Assembly: GCA_964541145.1 (NCBI GenBank)
Contig: CAZIOX010000006.1
Location: 1,899-65,898, forward strand
DNA: 64,000 bases
Origin: an uncultured Candidatus Saccharibacteria bacterium
GTDB taxonomy: Bacteria; Patescibacteriota; Saccharimonadia; Saccharimonadales; UBA4665
Direction of reading: 5' to 3'
The notes below the pieces were generated by a model. The model worked only from the letters and a program-made list of their open reading frames with translations. It searched no databases and was not told where the DNA came from. This document shows, one piece after another, positions 1-9,989 of the stretch; positions within the stretch are counted from its first letter, which is position 1; each line of letters starts with the position of its first letter. The translations under genes and the position numbers were made by a program.

Positions 1-1279
<1,279 letters not shown>

Positions 1280-1553
1280 TCATATCGCACAGTACTCTTC
1301 CGGCTACATGTGCTACGTATGTCGTCGAAATAGAGAGAACTACATAGATTCAGTAGTGGTTATTACTACAAAAAAAATAGAAAGTGGGTTGATTCTTGAG
1401 TGTTTTCGGCTTACGCTTGTAGATAGTTCGTGCGCTTGCTTGAGCGGCGCTTGAAACAAAAATGCAACATACACAGCCAGAGTATCTATCGTATCGTTCG
1501 GTACTGGCACAGCGTTTCACACTCACCCGCCGCGGGTGGGCGCGCACGAAAAC

Positions 1554-1579
1554 AATCAGACCCGCTAGTGGGTCTGATT
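1554..1579. terminator. Hairpin between convergent ligA and the 970-aa gene
   Basis: aatcagaccc / gggtctgatt form a 10-bp stem with loop gctagt. The hairpin lies in the 343-nt convergent gap. The U-tract is weak. Confidence 0.4.
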
Positions 1580-1622
1580 GCATATAGGGGCACCCTCTTC
1601 TGTGCTCTGTGCGGGAGAATCG

Positions 1623-4535
1623 CTAGTCAACTTTGGTTCGCTGTGGGCCTACCTTGACGTCGTAGTTAAAGTGCCAAAATTCGCCGGAATATTGGTATAT
1701 GCCATATTTCCAACCATTCTCAACGAGAAATGTGTAGAATGCTCTGTTGGCACCCGGAACCTTGGGCAAGGAACATATCCCCCTCACCATAACACAATTT
1801 TTTCGGGTGATATCCACACCCAAATCCCAGTCGATCGCTATCCCCACTTCATGTTTTGAGCCGCCAGGGTACGACACCCCAGCAGGGCTGATTCGATTAC
1901 GGCATTCGTAGTTGTCTTCACAGAGCTCTTTCTGATGTAGAAAAGAACGATAGCTACTCTTAGCCTTGACAGTAAGGCCTGCTGCCTGAGCATCGGCAAC
2001 AAGTCGAGAAAACGCTTCCGATGCCTCAGCGCTCACTATAGCGTGTCTATCCGACCCAGGGATATAGTATTTTGAGTTTGGATTACTTTCATCGCTTGTG
2101 CTTGGCACTTCTGTGATAGCGCACAGCATAATCTCCCCAGTTTTTTTACCTTTTGAGTCAAGTACTGGGTAAAAGCCGAGACTAACTGTCCCAACTGCAC
2201 ATTCCTCTGGGCGCGTTGGTTTGGTGATTCCTTCGGCTGGGCTGGGCATAGGGGAGACAGTTTCAGCCGCACCGCTTGCTTTTTTCTGGAGTGCCTTGAC
2301 GAGTGCGGTGGCAAATCCGCGTCTGTCCTTGTCATTTTTCCCACCTGGCATTGAGTCTGCTGCCCGTTCATAATATCGGAGGGTAAGCGTGGCGGCCTCC
2401 TCGGCAGTTTTAGCATCTTTTATCTTGTTCCAGCCTTGGCCACCATTTTTTATTTCTTCCATGACAAAATCGAGCTGAACGTCTTCTGTGTCCCAAGGCA
2501 GACCTTTGGTTGCGGCAAACTTTTTCAAGGCTACGAGTCGAGGCCCCTCCCACTGAAACAGCCCTGCAGCCGGCCCGCCAACTTGATTTTTACCGGGTTC
2601 AAAGCTACTGTTTTCATCTCGTGCATTTGCCGAAAAACCTATGGCTATATGGGGGCTCATACCACGGTCTATGAGCTTCTTGGCTATGTTGGCTTGTTTT
2701 GCGAGATACTTGTCAATGCCTGCCATTACCTCGCTTAAACTCTTCAATGTTTGCTCTTTTGTCATTTTTTCTAACCCGCCTACAGAAGCTTGACTCGCGG
2801 AAGTACTTGTTTCTTTGGACTGTCCTGTACTTGGCGTCGGTGCTGGTGGCAACTGTTTCATCAGATTTTGGAGTTCAATATCGGGAAGAGTCGAAAGATC
2901 AACGGTAGCGAGCATGGCGACCATCAGTTTTCGTTGCTCGGGCGTAAAGCCTTCCCAGTTTTTGAATGAAGAATCTTTAAACTTTTCTTCGATCAGTTTT
3001 GACCGCTCTGCAATAAGCTGTTCGAGCCCCGTGCCGGTAGCCTCTAAAATGGCCTGCTGATCTTCGGGAGTAAATGATTCGCTGACGTTAAGAGTATTGG
3101 GTTTTTCCAACGCTGCTTGCAGGCGCGCTATAAGCTTAAGAGTGTTTTCTTTGCGTTCAGCTTGTGGTGTTTTGGCTTCATAGTCGGCCACTGTTTTTCT
3201 CAGCTCTGTATCGAGTGCTGGGTTTACTTCGGGCAGCTTCTTTTGATCAGCTTGAGCGGGTGTATCGTCGGCAATCTCTGCGCTTACTGCACTTGGACCA
3301 GCAGTGCTAGCGATAGCTGCGAGCCGCTCCTTGATGGTCAGCGGCTTCCCTGTATTGTTCTCCGGCACTTTTGACGTCGGTGCACTAACCACCGCAGTAC
3401 CCGAAACGGTCTTCAGTGTATCTTCGGGCGTAACTGTTACTGTAGGTGTTTCCTCTTGGTTCGTCTTCACGCCTCCCGTGACTACTAGTAACGGGGTATT
3501 CGTGCTGAATACCGGGAGAGTGGTGATGGCTTCCACTGTGCTCGGCGGCTGGGCGACGACCAGGCTTATCCCGGGTGTGAGGGAAGGGGTTTCGGCGGGC
3601 CTCCCCTCATTTGTCGCTGCCGCTGCGCTTGGGCTCAGCGCGACTTGGCCTACTATGCTGAGTCCGACTGCCGCCAGTGTTGCTTTCTTGGGTCCGATGT
3701 CATGAGCAACCTTACCCGCTGCCTGTGCCGTGCCTATGGCGTGTCCTGTCATACGAGTAACGCTTGACTCTGGTCGGGGTATAGACCCCAAAGATTTTAC
3801 TCCAACATACCCATGTCGTGCCAACTCGTCGTACACACCTTTTGGCAGATTACTCTCGGCTTGTTGAAGTAACAGCAGTAGGAGCTTGAGATCCTTTAGG
3901 GGGACATTTCGGATGGCACCAGGGAACTGAGCGATTCGACGCTCTAGCTCTGCGCCAGAGCCATCAACCCCACGAGAATTTGCAAGGTTTGACAGTGTAA
4001 GTGAATACGCTTCCACAATTTTTGGATCACCGTTTTTCTGCAGGGCAGCGGCCGCTTTTTCTATAAAGTGCTTTGTCGCCTGAAGAGCAGTTTCATCATC
4101 GACAGGTAACAGGCGCGCAACTTGAAGTGTTTCGTTGGTCACAGCGCCCTGTTCACAAAGTTCAATCTGTTTTCGGTACACGCCGCTCAGCAACGCATGC
4201 GGCCGCACTTTGGTATGGATATCCTTAACAAGAATTTGCAATTGATCGCCGCTATACAAGTCCTCAGGAAGCCCTTTTCCAGCAAGCGAATCCCTGTATC
4301 TACCAGTAATCGTCTTAACCGCTGGAACAACCACCTTCTTATGCACGGCCTCAGACCAGCCAATCCCCATGTCACGTGTATCGTATAGATCGCCGACCGT
4401 GTGCGGGAACCATCTCAGTCCATCAACAATTGCCGCCATACTCAGTTCCATAGCAGCTGTAGTAGCAGATGTAACGTGCTCTAACACCTCTGGTTGATAT
4501 ATTGTATGGGGAGAGAATGGAGCTTCGGTATGCAT
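1623..4535 (-). CDS. Membrane-anchored bifunctional cell-wall hydrolase (lysozyme-like domain plus peptidase M15/VanY-like domain), 970 aa
   Basis: About 290 aa at the N-terminus have no TM helix, followed by one hydrophobic helix (ATLAAVGLSIVGQVALSPSAAAA). Next come a T/P/S/V-rich linker and a K/E/Q coiled-coil-like stretch. A lysozyme-like block follows (GLFQWEGPRLVALKKFAATKGLPW..QLDFVMEEI), resembling the phage-tail-lysozyme family. The C-terminal M15 motifs are SKHEVGIAID (H-x6-D) and EFWHFNY. Confidence 0.75.
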   Translation of the reverse strand: MHTEAPFSPHTIYQPEVLEHVTSATTAAMELSMAAIVDGLRWFPHTVGDLYDTRDMGIGWSEAVHKKVVVPAVKTITGRYRDSLAGKGLPEDLYSGDQLQILVKDIHTKVRPHALLSGVYRKQIELCEQGAVTNETLQVARLLPVDDETALQATKHFIEKAAAALQKNGDPKIVEAYSLTLSNLANSRGVDGSGAELERRIAQFPGAIRNVPLKDLKLLLLLLQQAESNLPKGVYDELARHGYVGVKSLGSIPRPESSVTRMTGHAIGTAQAAGKVAHDIGPKKATLAAVGLSIVGQVALSPSAAAATNEGRPAETPSLTPGISLVVAQPPSTVEAITTLPVFSTNTPLLVVTGGVKTNQEETPTVTVTPEDTLKTVSGTAVVSAPTSKVPENNTGKPLTIKERLAAIASTAGPSAVSAEIADDTPAQADQKKLPEVNPALDTELRKTVADYEAKTPQAERKENTLKLIARLQAALEKPNTLNVSESFTPEDQQAILEATGTGLEQLIAERSKLIEEKFKDSSFKNWEGFTPEQRKLMVAMLATVDLSTLPDIELQNLMKQLPPAPTPSTGQSKETSTSASQASVGGLEKMTKEQTLKSLSEVMAGIDKYLAKQANIAKKLIDRGMSPHIAIGFSANARDENSSFEPGKNQVGGPAAGLFQWEGPRLVALKKFAATKGLPWDTEDVQLDFVMEEIKNGGQGWNKIKDAKTAEEAATLTLRYYERAADSMPGGKNDKDRRGFATALVKALQKKASGAAETVSPMPSPAEGITKPTRPEECAVGTVSLGFYPVLDSKGKKTGEIMLCAITEVPSTSDESNPNSKYYIPGSDRHAIVSAEASEAFSRLVADAQAAGLTVKAKSSYRSFLHQKELCEDNYECRNRISPAGVSYPGGSKHEVGIAIDWDLGVDITRKNCVMVRGICSLPKVPGANRAFYTFLVENGWKYGIYQYSGEFWHFNYDVKVGPQRTKVD

Positions 4536-4544
4536 GTGCTATTC

Positions 4545-6611
4545 CTATGTTACGGGTTGTTTCGGTGATGAAAGGAGTGAATGGAGTAGCTTTCTTATAC
4601 CCAACCTAAAGCCCTCGACCTGCTGGGGTAGTACTGCAGGCGCGACCGGGCGATCGAGAGGAGTCTCTGGCACTACCTGATCCTGCGGTTGCGGACTGCT
4701 AGAATCCCCGTCGGTCTTTGTTATGACAGGCGCATCTTGGAGTGGTTCGGAGTAGCTAGGGAGCGCAAGCACTTGACCCAGAAACTGCTCTGCGCTATCG
4801 ATGTTTGGGCGTGTGATCATAAGTATAGGATCAAGTCGTCGTACTTGACGCTCCAATGTTGCCGTAAAGGAGTCATGCGTCTCGGATGAAAGCGCAAGAA
4901 GCTCCCCTATCTCCCGATCGAGTCGTTCTACCTCTGCTTCTACTACACTATACTCAGTCCGATCTTTTTCGCGCACCTGCTCATAAGCACTCTTCGAGGC
5001 TTCGAGCTGCTTGATAGTCTGGTGGAGTTGTTCCAAGGTATCGGCAACTTCTACTGGTAGGTATCTGGAGCTATACGATTCATAGGTCATAAACAGGCGC
5101 CCCTTAGCATCTTCATCCCCGTGTTCCGCCCATTCTTCATCCGCCAACTGTTGGTCGTGCTGCGTTTGCAAATATGCACTACGGGTATCTACTTCGGTCT
5201 TTTTTGCTCGATGTATACCTGATATTTTCTCACCAATCTGCCGGGTGGCAGTTTGTATCTGATCATTGAGCTGCCGCAGGCGGGAGCTTGCCGCCTCCCA
5301 GGCTATATTCTTCTCCTGGCCAACCGCCAATAATCCTCGTAGTGTGCACCACGTCTCGTCTGCCATACCAGCGAGTTCTACATACCCTTCGCTGACAGCC
5401 CATACTTGCTGCTCCAGAGGTGTTAGTATTGCCAAATGTCGCTCAGACTCCGTTAAAATTTCACTAAGATAGCGTTTTTTCGTTTCTACTACAGTCATCT
5501 GCTCAGCTTCAAGCCTGGTGAGCACTCCGTCGACAACCTGCACGATAGCATATAGGTTGCTTATCTCCTCAGACATGCGAGCTGGTTGTTCTGGAATCTG
5601 TTGAGTATCACCACCGACACTGGATCCCGTCGCAGTCTCTCGTCCGAAAGATACGCCCAGCAGAAAACTCCGAACTCGATCCCTCTCTTCACTGCTTGGC
5701 GCCGCTGCAATATAGTCGAGTACCGGAATCTCTGGTAGCTCAGCCATATCTGGCATATCTAGCGTAGGGACTTCTTCTGAAGGGTAGCTTCCGCCTGTCA
5801 CAAAACTTTGGTATATACCCTGTAGGTCTTCGCTGTAGCGCTCTAGGGTAGCCAACAATACCTCACCGTATGCTCCAAACGTTTTTTCGCGTTCTGCGAG
5901 CGCCTGCTTCGCTTGCTGTACCACGGCACCGTGCTCAAGCCGAACTTTCTCTGCCTCTGCAAGATCATTTTCCGTACGACGGAGTTCCTTAATGCACTTT
6001 TCAGTCTTTGAAATGGTTTCTAGTACGTTGTTGTATGCACCTCCGTTGCCTTTTCCCTGACGCAACAAGTCACTCGCTGTTGCTGAGGCCGCATCTTGTT
6101 CCTGCTGGGTATCTGCACGAGCCTTATCAGTATCGGCCACGGCACGCTCGTGCTCTGTAGCACGGGTAGTGAGCTCGTTTTCGCAAACACCGACATGATC
6201 TCGTACTGCATCGTCCACGTTCCAGCCAAAGGCGAGTACTACCAAGCTCCCGCGTATGTCGCGTAGGGCTTCTTTTCGTGTCTTCAGAGCACAGTCAAAA
6301 CGATCCATCGCTTCTGTAACCGTCTGGCAGTCTGCTGTACATTTTTCTAAGATTGCCGCCGAAAGCTCGGTCAGACGCTTCCCCAATTCTAATGCCTCCT
6401 GAACTTTCTGAGCACACTGGATGGTTTCACCCGAAGCTTCTTCGGGGAGCATACCCACTCGCAGCATTGTTTTCCGGGTGGCGATCTCTTCTGGCGTAAA
6501 AATCCGGGGCGAAAAACAGTCAACCGGTCGCTCGATTTGTGTTGTAACGACCCTCGTATGACACGCCTCTGGGATCGGCATACCTAGGATTTCGGGTGCC
6601 TGTGTCGTCAT
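4545..6611 (-). CDS. Large coiled-coil protein, 688 aa, no TM helix seen
   Basis: I moved the start to ATG 6611 (MTTQAPEIL). It overlaps the upstream stop as ATGA (6608-6611) and is preceded by GGGAGG plus 7 nt. The protein has long E/A/L/R/Q heptad-like stretches and a P-rich C-terminus. Confidence 0.7.
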   Translation of the reverse strand: MTTQAPEILGMPIPEACHTRVVTTQIERPVDCFSPRIFTPEEIATRKTMLRVGMLPEEASGETIQCAQKVQEALELGKRLTELSAAILEKCTADCQTVTEAMDRFDCALKTRKEALRDIRGSLVVLAFGWNVDDAVRDHVGVCENELTTRATEHERAVADTDKARADTQQEQDAASATASDLLRQGKGNGGAYNNVLETISKTEKCIKELRRTENDLAEAEKVRLEHGAVVQQAKQALAEREKTFGAYGEVLLATLERYSEDLQGIYQSFVTGGSYPSEEVPTLDMPDMAELPEIPVLDYIAAAPSSEERDRVRSFLLGVSFGRETATGSSVGGDTQQIPEQPARMSEEISNLYAIVQVVDGVLTRLEAEQMTVVETKKRYLSEILTESERHLAILTPLEQQVWAVSEGYVELAGMADETWCTLRGLLAVGQEKNIAWEAASSRLRQLNDQIQTATRQIGEKISGIHRAKKTEVDTRSAYLQTQHDQQLADEEWAEHGDEDAKGRLFMTYESYSSRYLPVEVADTLEQLHQTIKQLEASKSAYEQVREKDRTEYSVVEAEVERLDREIGELLALSSETHDSFTATLERQVRRLDPILMITRPNIDSAEQFLGQVLALPSYSEPLQDAPVITKTDGDSSSPQPQDQVVPETPLDRPVAPAVLPQQVEGFRLGIRKLLHSLLSSPKQPVT

Positions 6612-7897
6612 CGTGAAGCCTCCCGAATATTTCCGCAGCTCCAATGAGTGTTGACCACTTTTATCCCAAGCTGATCGGCCGTTAGAGGCTTGTTGACTGC
6701 TGCATATACATCTGCTGGCGGAACAAAAGATCCAACATACACAACCTTCAGGCCGGGTGCTTGCTCACTCACCTGGGCAGCGAGCACTTTTTCTGCCGCC
6801 GCAGCTATGTCTGCGCCACAGGTAGTTTTACCCAGTGTCTTTAAGCCCTCTGCGGTAAGATATTTGAGATATTCTGTATTTTTTGGTTCAGCCGTGAGTC
6901 GTTTATTGAGGTTTTCTACTTCTTCTTTGGTAAAGATGGTTGGCCCGGTAGGCAGCGAAAACTGAGCATTCTCGTACCATGCCTGCGGGTTGGTAGCGCC
7001 CGTACCCGGAAGGGCGGCTAGTGAGATCAACGAACGGTTGATCGTTACCATGCCCTGGGCAGTATCTGCTTTGATAACATCGCCCACTGGCTTTTGTAAA
7101 CAGGCGGCAATTGGCACCGTACCCACATACCCGGCTTGCAGAAGACGCGCTTCTGTTGGTGGCTGCGGGGCGCTCGATGGGGCAGATGTGGCCGCTGGCG
7201 CACTCGTCGCGGCGCTGGCACCTGGACCTGGAGTGGTAGTGTGGGTGGATGGAGCTGGGTTGGCACTCGGCTTTTGGACATCTTTCGGCAGCAATAGACG
7301 TTGCAACTCAGGTTGGGTTTCGAAAAAGCCAGTTAGTACTTTGGGTTTATATGCGGGATCCGCCGCGGACTTTTGTACCTCTGCGTCAGTTGCTTTCACG
7401 GTTATTTTAAGTAACGAGTCGCCTTGGTAGTCGAGTGGTACGCTAACGATAGACTGTAGGCAGTCTGGCCCAACAATATTCGGTGCGCTTTGGGGAGGTT
7501 CTACGGGGATGAACTTTTCCTTTACAAAACTACGAGCTATTCCCAGAGCCTCACCTGGCGTCGTCTCTGTTTTGACGAGTGCTACGGTTCCGGCTACAGT
7601 CAGCCCCACGCACGCCACAGCCAGCCGTTTGCGAGCAGTCCCCCATAGCACTGGGCCTAGTGGACGCCGTCCTTCTTCTGTACTCACTTCATCTGGATTT
7701 GCTCGGCTGTCCCCCACGGGCATTCTCCGGGGGACTGCGATACCTGGAAATGGCTCTCCTCCAGTGTTACTTGAAGATGCAGGAGTCGACTGGTTTTGTA
7801 ATGCTTTAAAAAAGGCATCGAAAGACGCGGAATCATGAGCTGGGGTTCCGCTCTTTTCCTCTCCGTTAGGTCCATGTTGTTCGGGTCGAGTACTCAT
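6608..7897 (-). CDS. Single-pass membrane protein, 429 aa, unknown ectodomain
   Basis: The N-terminal ~90 aa look disordered, followed by a TM helix (LAVACVGLTVAGTVALV). The ectodomain contains an S/A/P/T low-complexity insert and several Cys. The gene starts 2 nt after the upstream stop. Confidence 0.7.
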   Translation of the reverse strand: MSTRPEQHGPNGEEKSGTPAHDSASFDAFFKALQNQSTPASSSNTGGEPFPGIAVPRRMPVGDSRANPDEVSTEEGRRPLGPVLWGTARKRLAVACVGLTVAGTVALVKTETTPGEALGIARSFVKEKFIPVEPPQSAPNIVGPDCLQSIVSVPLDYQGDSLLKITVKATDAEVQKSAADPAYKPKVLTGFFETQPELQRLLLPKDVQKPSANPAPSTHTTTPGPGASAATSAPAATSAPSSAPQPPTEARLLQAGYVGTVPIAACLQKPVGDVIKADTAQGMVTINRSLISLAALPGTGATNPQAWYENAQFSLPTGPTIFTKEEVENLNKRLTAEPKNTEYLKYLTAEGLKTLGKTTCGADIAAAAEKVLAAQVSEQAPGLKVVYVGSFVPPADVYAAVNKPLTADQLGIKVVNTHWSCGNIREASR

Positions 7898-7899
7898 AG

Positions 7900-8517
7900 C
7901 TAAAGACTCCGAACCATATTTATGCCATCGCCAATATAGTTGCGAATTTCGCTGATTGGGTCTGTGCTGCCGGTTGTCTTGGTATACACACCAACTGTAG
8001 TGCCGCTAACTAATATCACGCCAAGTACCACCGAGAACAGCCTCCGCACGATGGATCTCTGACGCCTCTCAGCAAATTTTGGCCGAGCAGCTCCGGTGTT
8101 TTGAGGCAGTCTATCTTGCCACGCACGATGGTGCGCTGAGGCAGAATCGGGCCGTCGAGCAACCACAACGTGATGAAAATGCTCGACGGAGTCTATGGCG
8201 GCACTGTCCGGCGCGGGCTGTCCATCACCTCTTGCCCTAGAACTGCCCATAAACGCACCGGCCACTGCTGCTCCACCTGCCGTAAGCGTTCCTTTAAGAT
8301 GGATTTCTACAGCGCTGCCATCTGATTCTGTTCGTTTTAAAACTAGTTTACTGTCTGTATTAGGGGTTGATGGAACTGTTGCTACGTGAGAAGCAGGGAG
8401 ATCCGAGCCCGGAGGAGGAGGCGACACTTGCTCCGTAGGTGTTAACACCGCTAGATGTTCGCCCAGCTCATTATGGTTGGGTATATACTCAAGCCAGTCG
8501 ATATTCTCGGATGTCAT
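7900..8517 (-). CDS. Single-pass membrane protein, 205 aa, C-terminal TM helix
   Basis: I moved the start to ATG 8517 (MTSENIDWLEY), which overlaps the upstream stop as ATGA (8514-8517). The TM helix LFSVVLGVILVSGTTVGV lies near the C-terminus. Confidence 0.6.
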   Translation of the reverse strand: MTSENIDWLEYIPNHNELGEHLAVLTPTEQVSPPPPGSDLPASHVATVPSTPNTDSKLVLKRTESDGSAVEIHLKGTLTAGGAAVAGAFMGSSRARGDGQPAPDSAAIDSVEHFHHVVVARRPDSASAHHRAWQDRLPQNTGAARPKFAERRQRSIVRRLFSVVLGVILVSGTTVGVYTKTTGSTDPISEIRNYIGDGINMVRSL

Positions 8518-9641
8518 AGCCGAGCCCCGCTTGTTGTTGCAGTGGGTGCGCTTTGGGGCGGCATGGAACACGTTATCTTTTCGTCCAGTATAGCTTCTTG
8601 ATGTGTGGTATTTACTCCTTTGTTTTTGAGATCTTCCATATACGTCTCATCAAACATCGGTGGCTCTGTCGTTGGATTGCCGTCTTTTGTGAACACCACC
8701 GTTACTGCTTTGCCGGCTGCACGATCGCCACCTGCCAAGCGTATCGCCTGACTTTCGTAGGCAGCAACGGTGTTTTTCTGAATCTCGGGCCAGTAGTTTG
8801 GTGAACACTTTTTCCGAATTGCATCCAAAATAAGACTCTCTCCCCGAGCAGACAGGTTTGCATCTATTGCGGCTCGATCCAATACTGTGAAGGATTTAAC
8901 AATACCATCACATATTTTTCCTCGATCCCCATTAAATATCAGAGCCCCAGTGCACGCTAGCTCCAGACCTGTTCCGTTCAGACCGGGGTTTTCGAGGAGC
9001 AGTTTGAGCGGGGCATCGTGATCGACTACGATCTCTCGCTCACCCGGCTTCATCACCGGTGCGACAATAACACTCAGTTTTTCCACTGGAACTTTAACCT
9101 CTACTGGAACGTACCTACTGTTTGGCGTTGCAGGTTTCTGAGTGATTTCTACGCTCTGCTTGAAAGCAGTCATGTCGCCTTTCTGGTCTATACAGTACGT
9201 TAAATTTATCAGTTCTTTTTTGGCGACTACGCTCGAGCCAAAGCCGGGTATCTCACGATCCATAACTTCCAGTCCGAATTGAGCCCGAGAGCCAGCAGCA
9301 TCGGCCAGCGCGTGGGTGGTACAGGCGAAGTCAACAGGCTCCAGCAAAAGCGTTTTTGCCTGTACGGCTGAGCTCTCTGGACGTAGCTCATTCTTGATTC
9401 CAGCATTATGCACAAACCCCAAACCCCAGCCTATTGCAGCGCCAGTAACGGCTAACGCGCCAACCGATCTTAAAAACTTGGAAGAAATCGTTCCCAGTTC
9501 GCGGTTTTGCCTAGCTACCTCTCCATCCAGGTTGCTTAGCATAGCATTTGTGGCAGCTGCCTCGCCAGTGGGATTTGCAGGAGGAAACTCATTTATTCCA
9601 GGCTGTTGTGGTGTCATGTTCAAACCTTTGTCATACGACAC
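8514..9641 (-). CDS. Single-pass membrane protein, 375 aa, Cys-containing ectodomain
   Basis: About 55 aa are cytoplasmic, followed by a TM helix (SVGALAVTGAAIGWGLGFV) and then a ~300-aa domain with 6 Cys. I recognised no family. Confidence 0.65.
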   Translation of the reverse strand: MSYDKGLNMTPQQPGINEFPPANPTGEAAATNAMLSNLDGEVARQNRELGTISSKFLRSVGALAVTGAAIGWGLGFVHNAGIKNELRPESSAVQAKTLLLEPVDFACTTHALADAAGSRAQFGLEVMDREIPGFGSSVVAKKELINLTYCIDQKGDMTAFKQSVEITQKPATPNSRYVPVEVKVPVEKLSVIVAPVMKPGEREIVVDHDAPLKLLLENPGLNGTGLELACTGALIFNGDRGKICDGIVKSFTVLDRAAIDANLSARGESLILDAIRKKCSPNYWPEIQKNTVAAYESQAIRLAGGDRAAGKAVTVVFTKDGNPTTEPPMFDETYMEDLKNKGVNTTHQEAILDEKITCSMPPQSAPTATTSGARL

Positions 9642-9716
9642 TTACGGCACTCTCTAGAGTGCGTCCAATCTGAAGGACCTTTATCTACGACAACTAGACA
9701 CGTGGACATAGTCGAC

Positions 9717-9730
9717 ACATCTATAGATGT
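9717..9730. promoter_or_regulatory. 14-nt perfect palindrome in the 348-nt gap upstream of the 375-aa gene
   Basis: acatctatagatgt is flanked by gtcgac on one side and gtcgtcc on the other. It is a possible operator, with no further support. Confidence 0.2.
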
Positions 9731-9989
9731 CGTCCATGCCGACTACCACGTGAGGGTAGTTGCATGGCCGGCAGATGGGAACCACCCCTTCATATCCACC
9801 GGTCATACAACTCTTGGCAATTGTGCTTTGCGCAAGTATGTTCTACAGTATACATTCATACGTTTTAGATGTCAATCATTTTTGTGTTGAGTCAAATGCA
9901 GTTCAATCGTATCGTTCAGCTAGATTATGACCACCTGGAAATACTGTGTGCAATCCACTACCTTTCAGAGCACGAGAAGGTTTGAAAAA

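Noticed and set aside
1280-1622. Small ORFs in the ligA / hydrolase convergent gap (1224..1454, 1350..1583, 1430..1657)
   Set aside because: They overlap one another, are AT-rich or low-complexity, and have no SD. The gap is better explained as a convergent terminator region (hairpin at 1554-1579).
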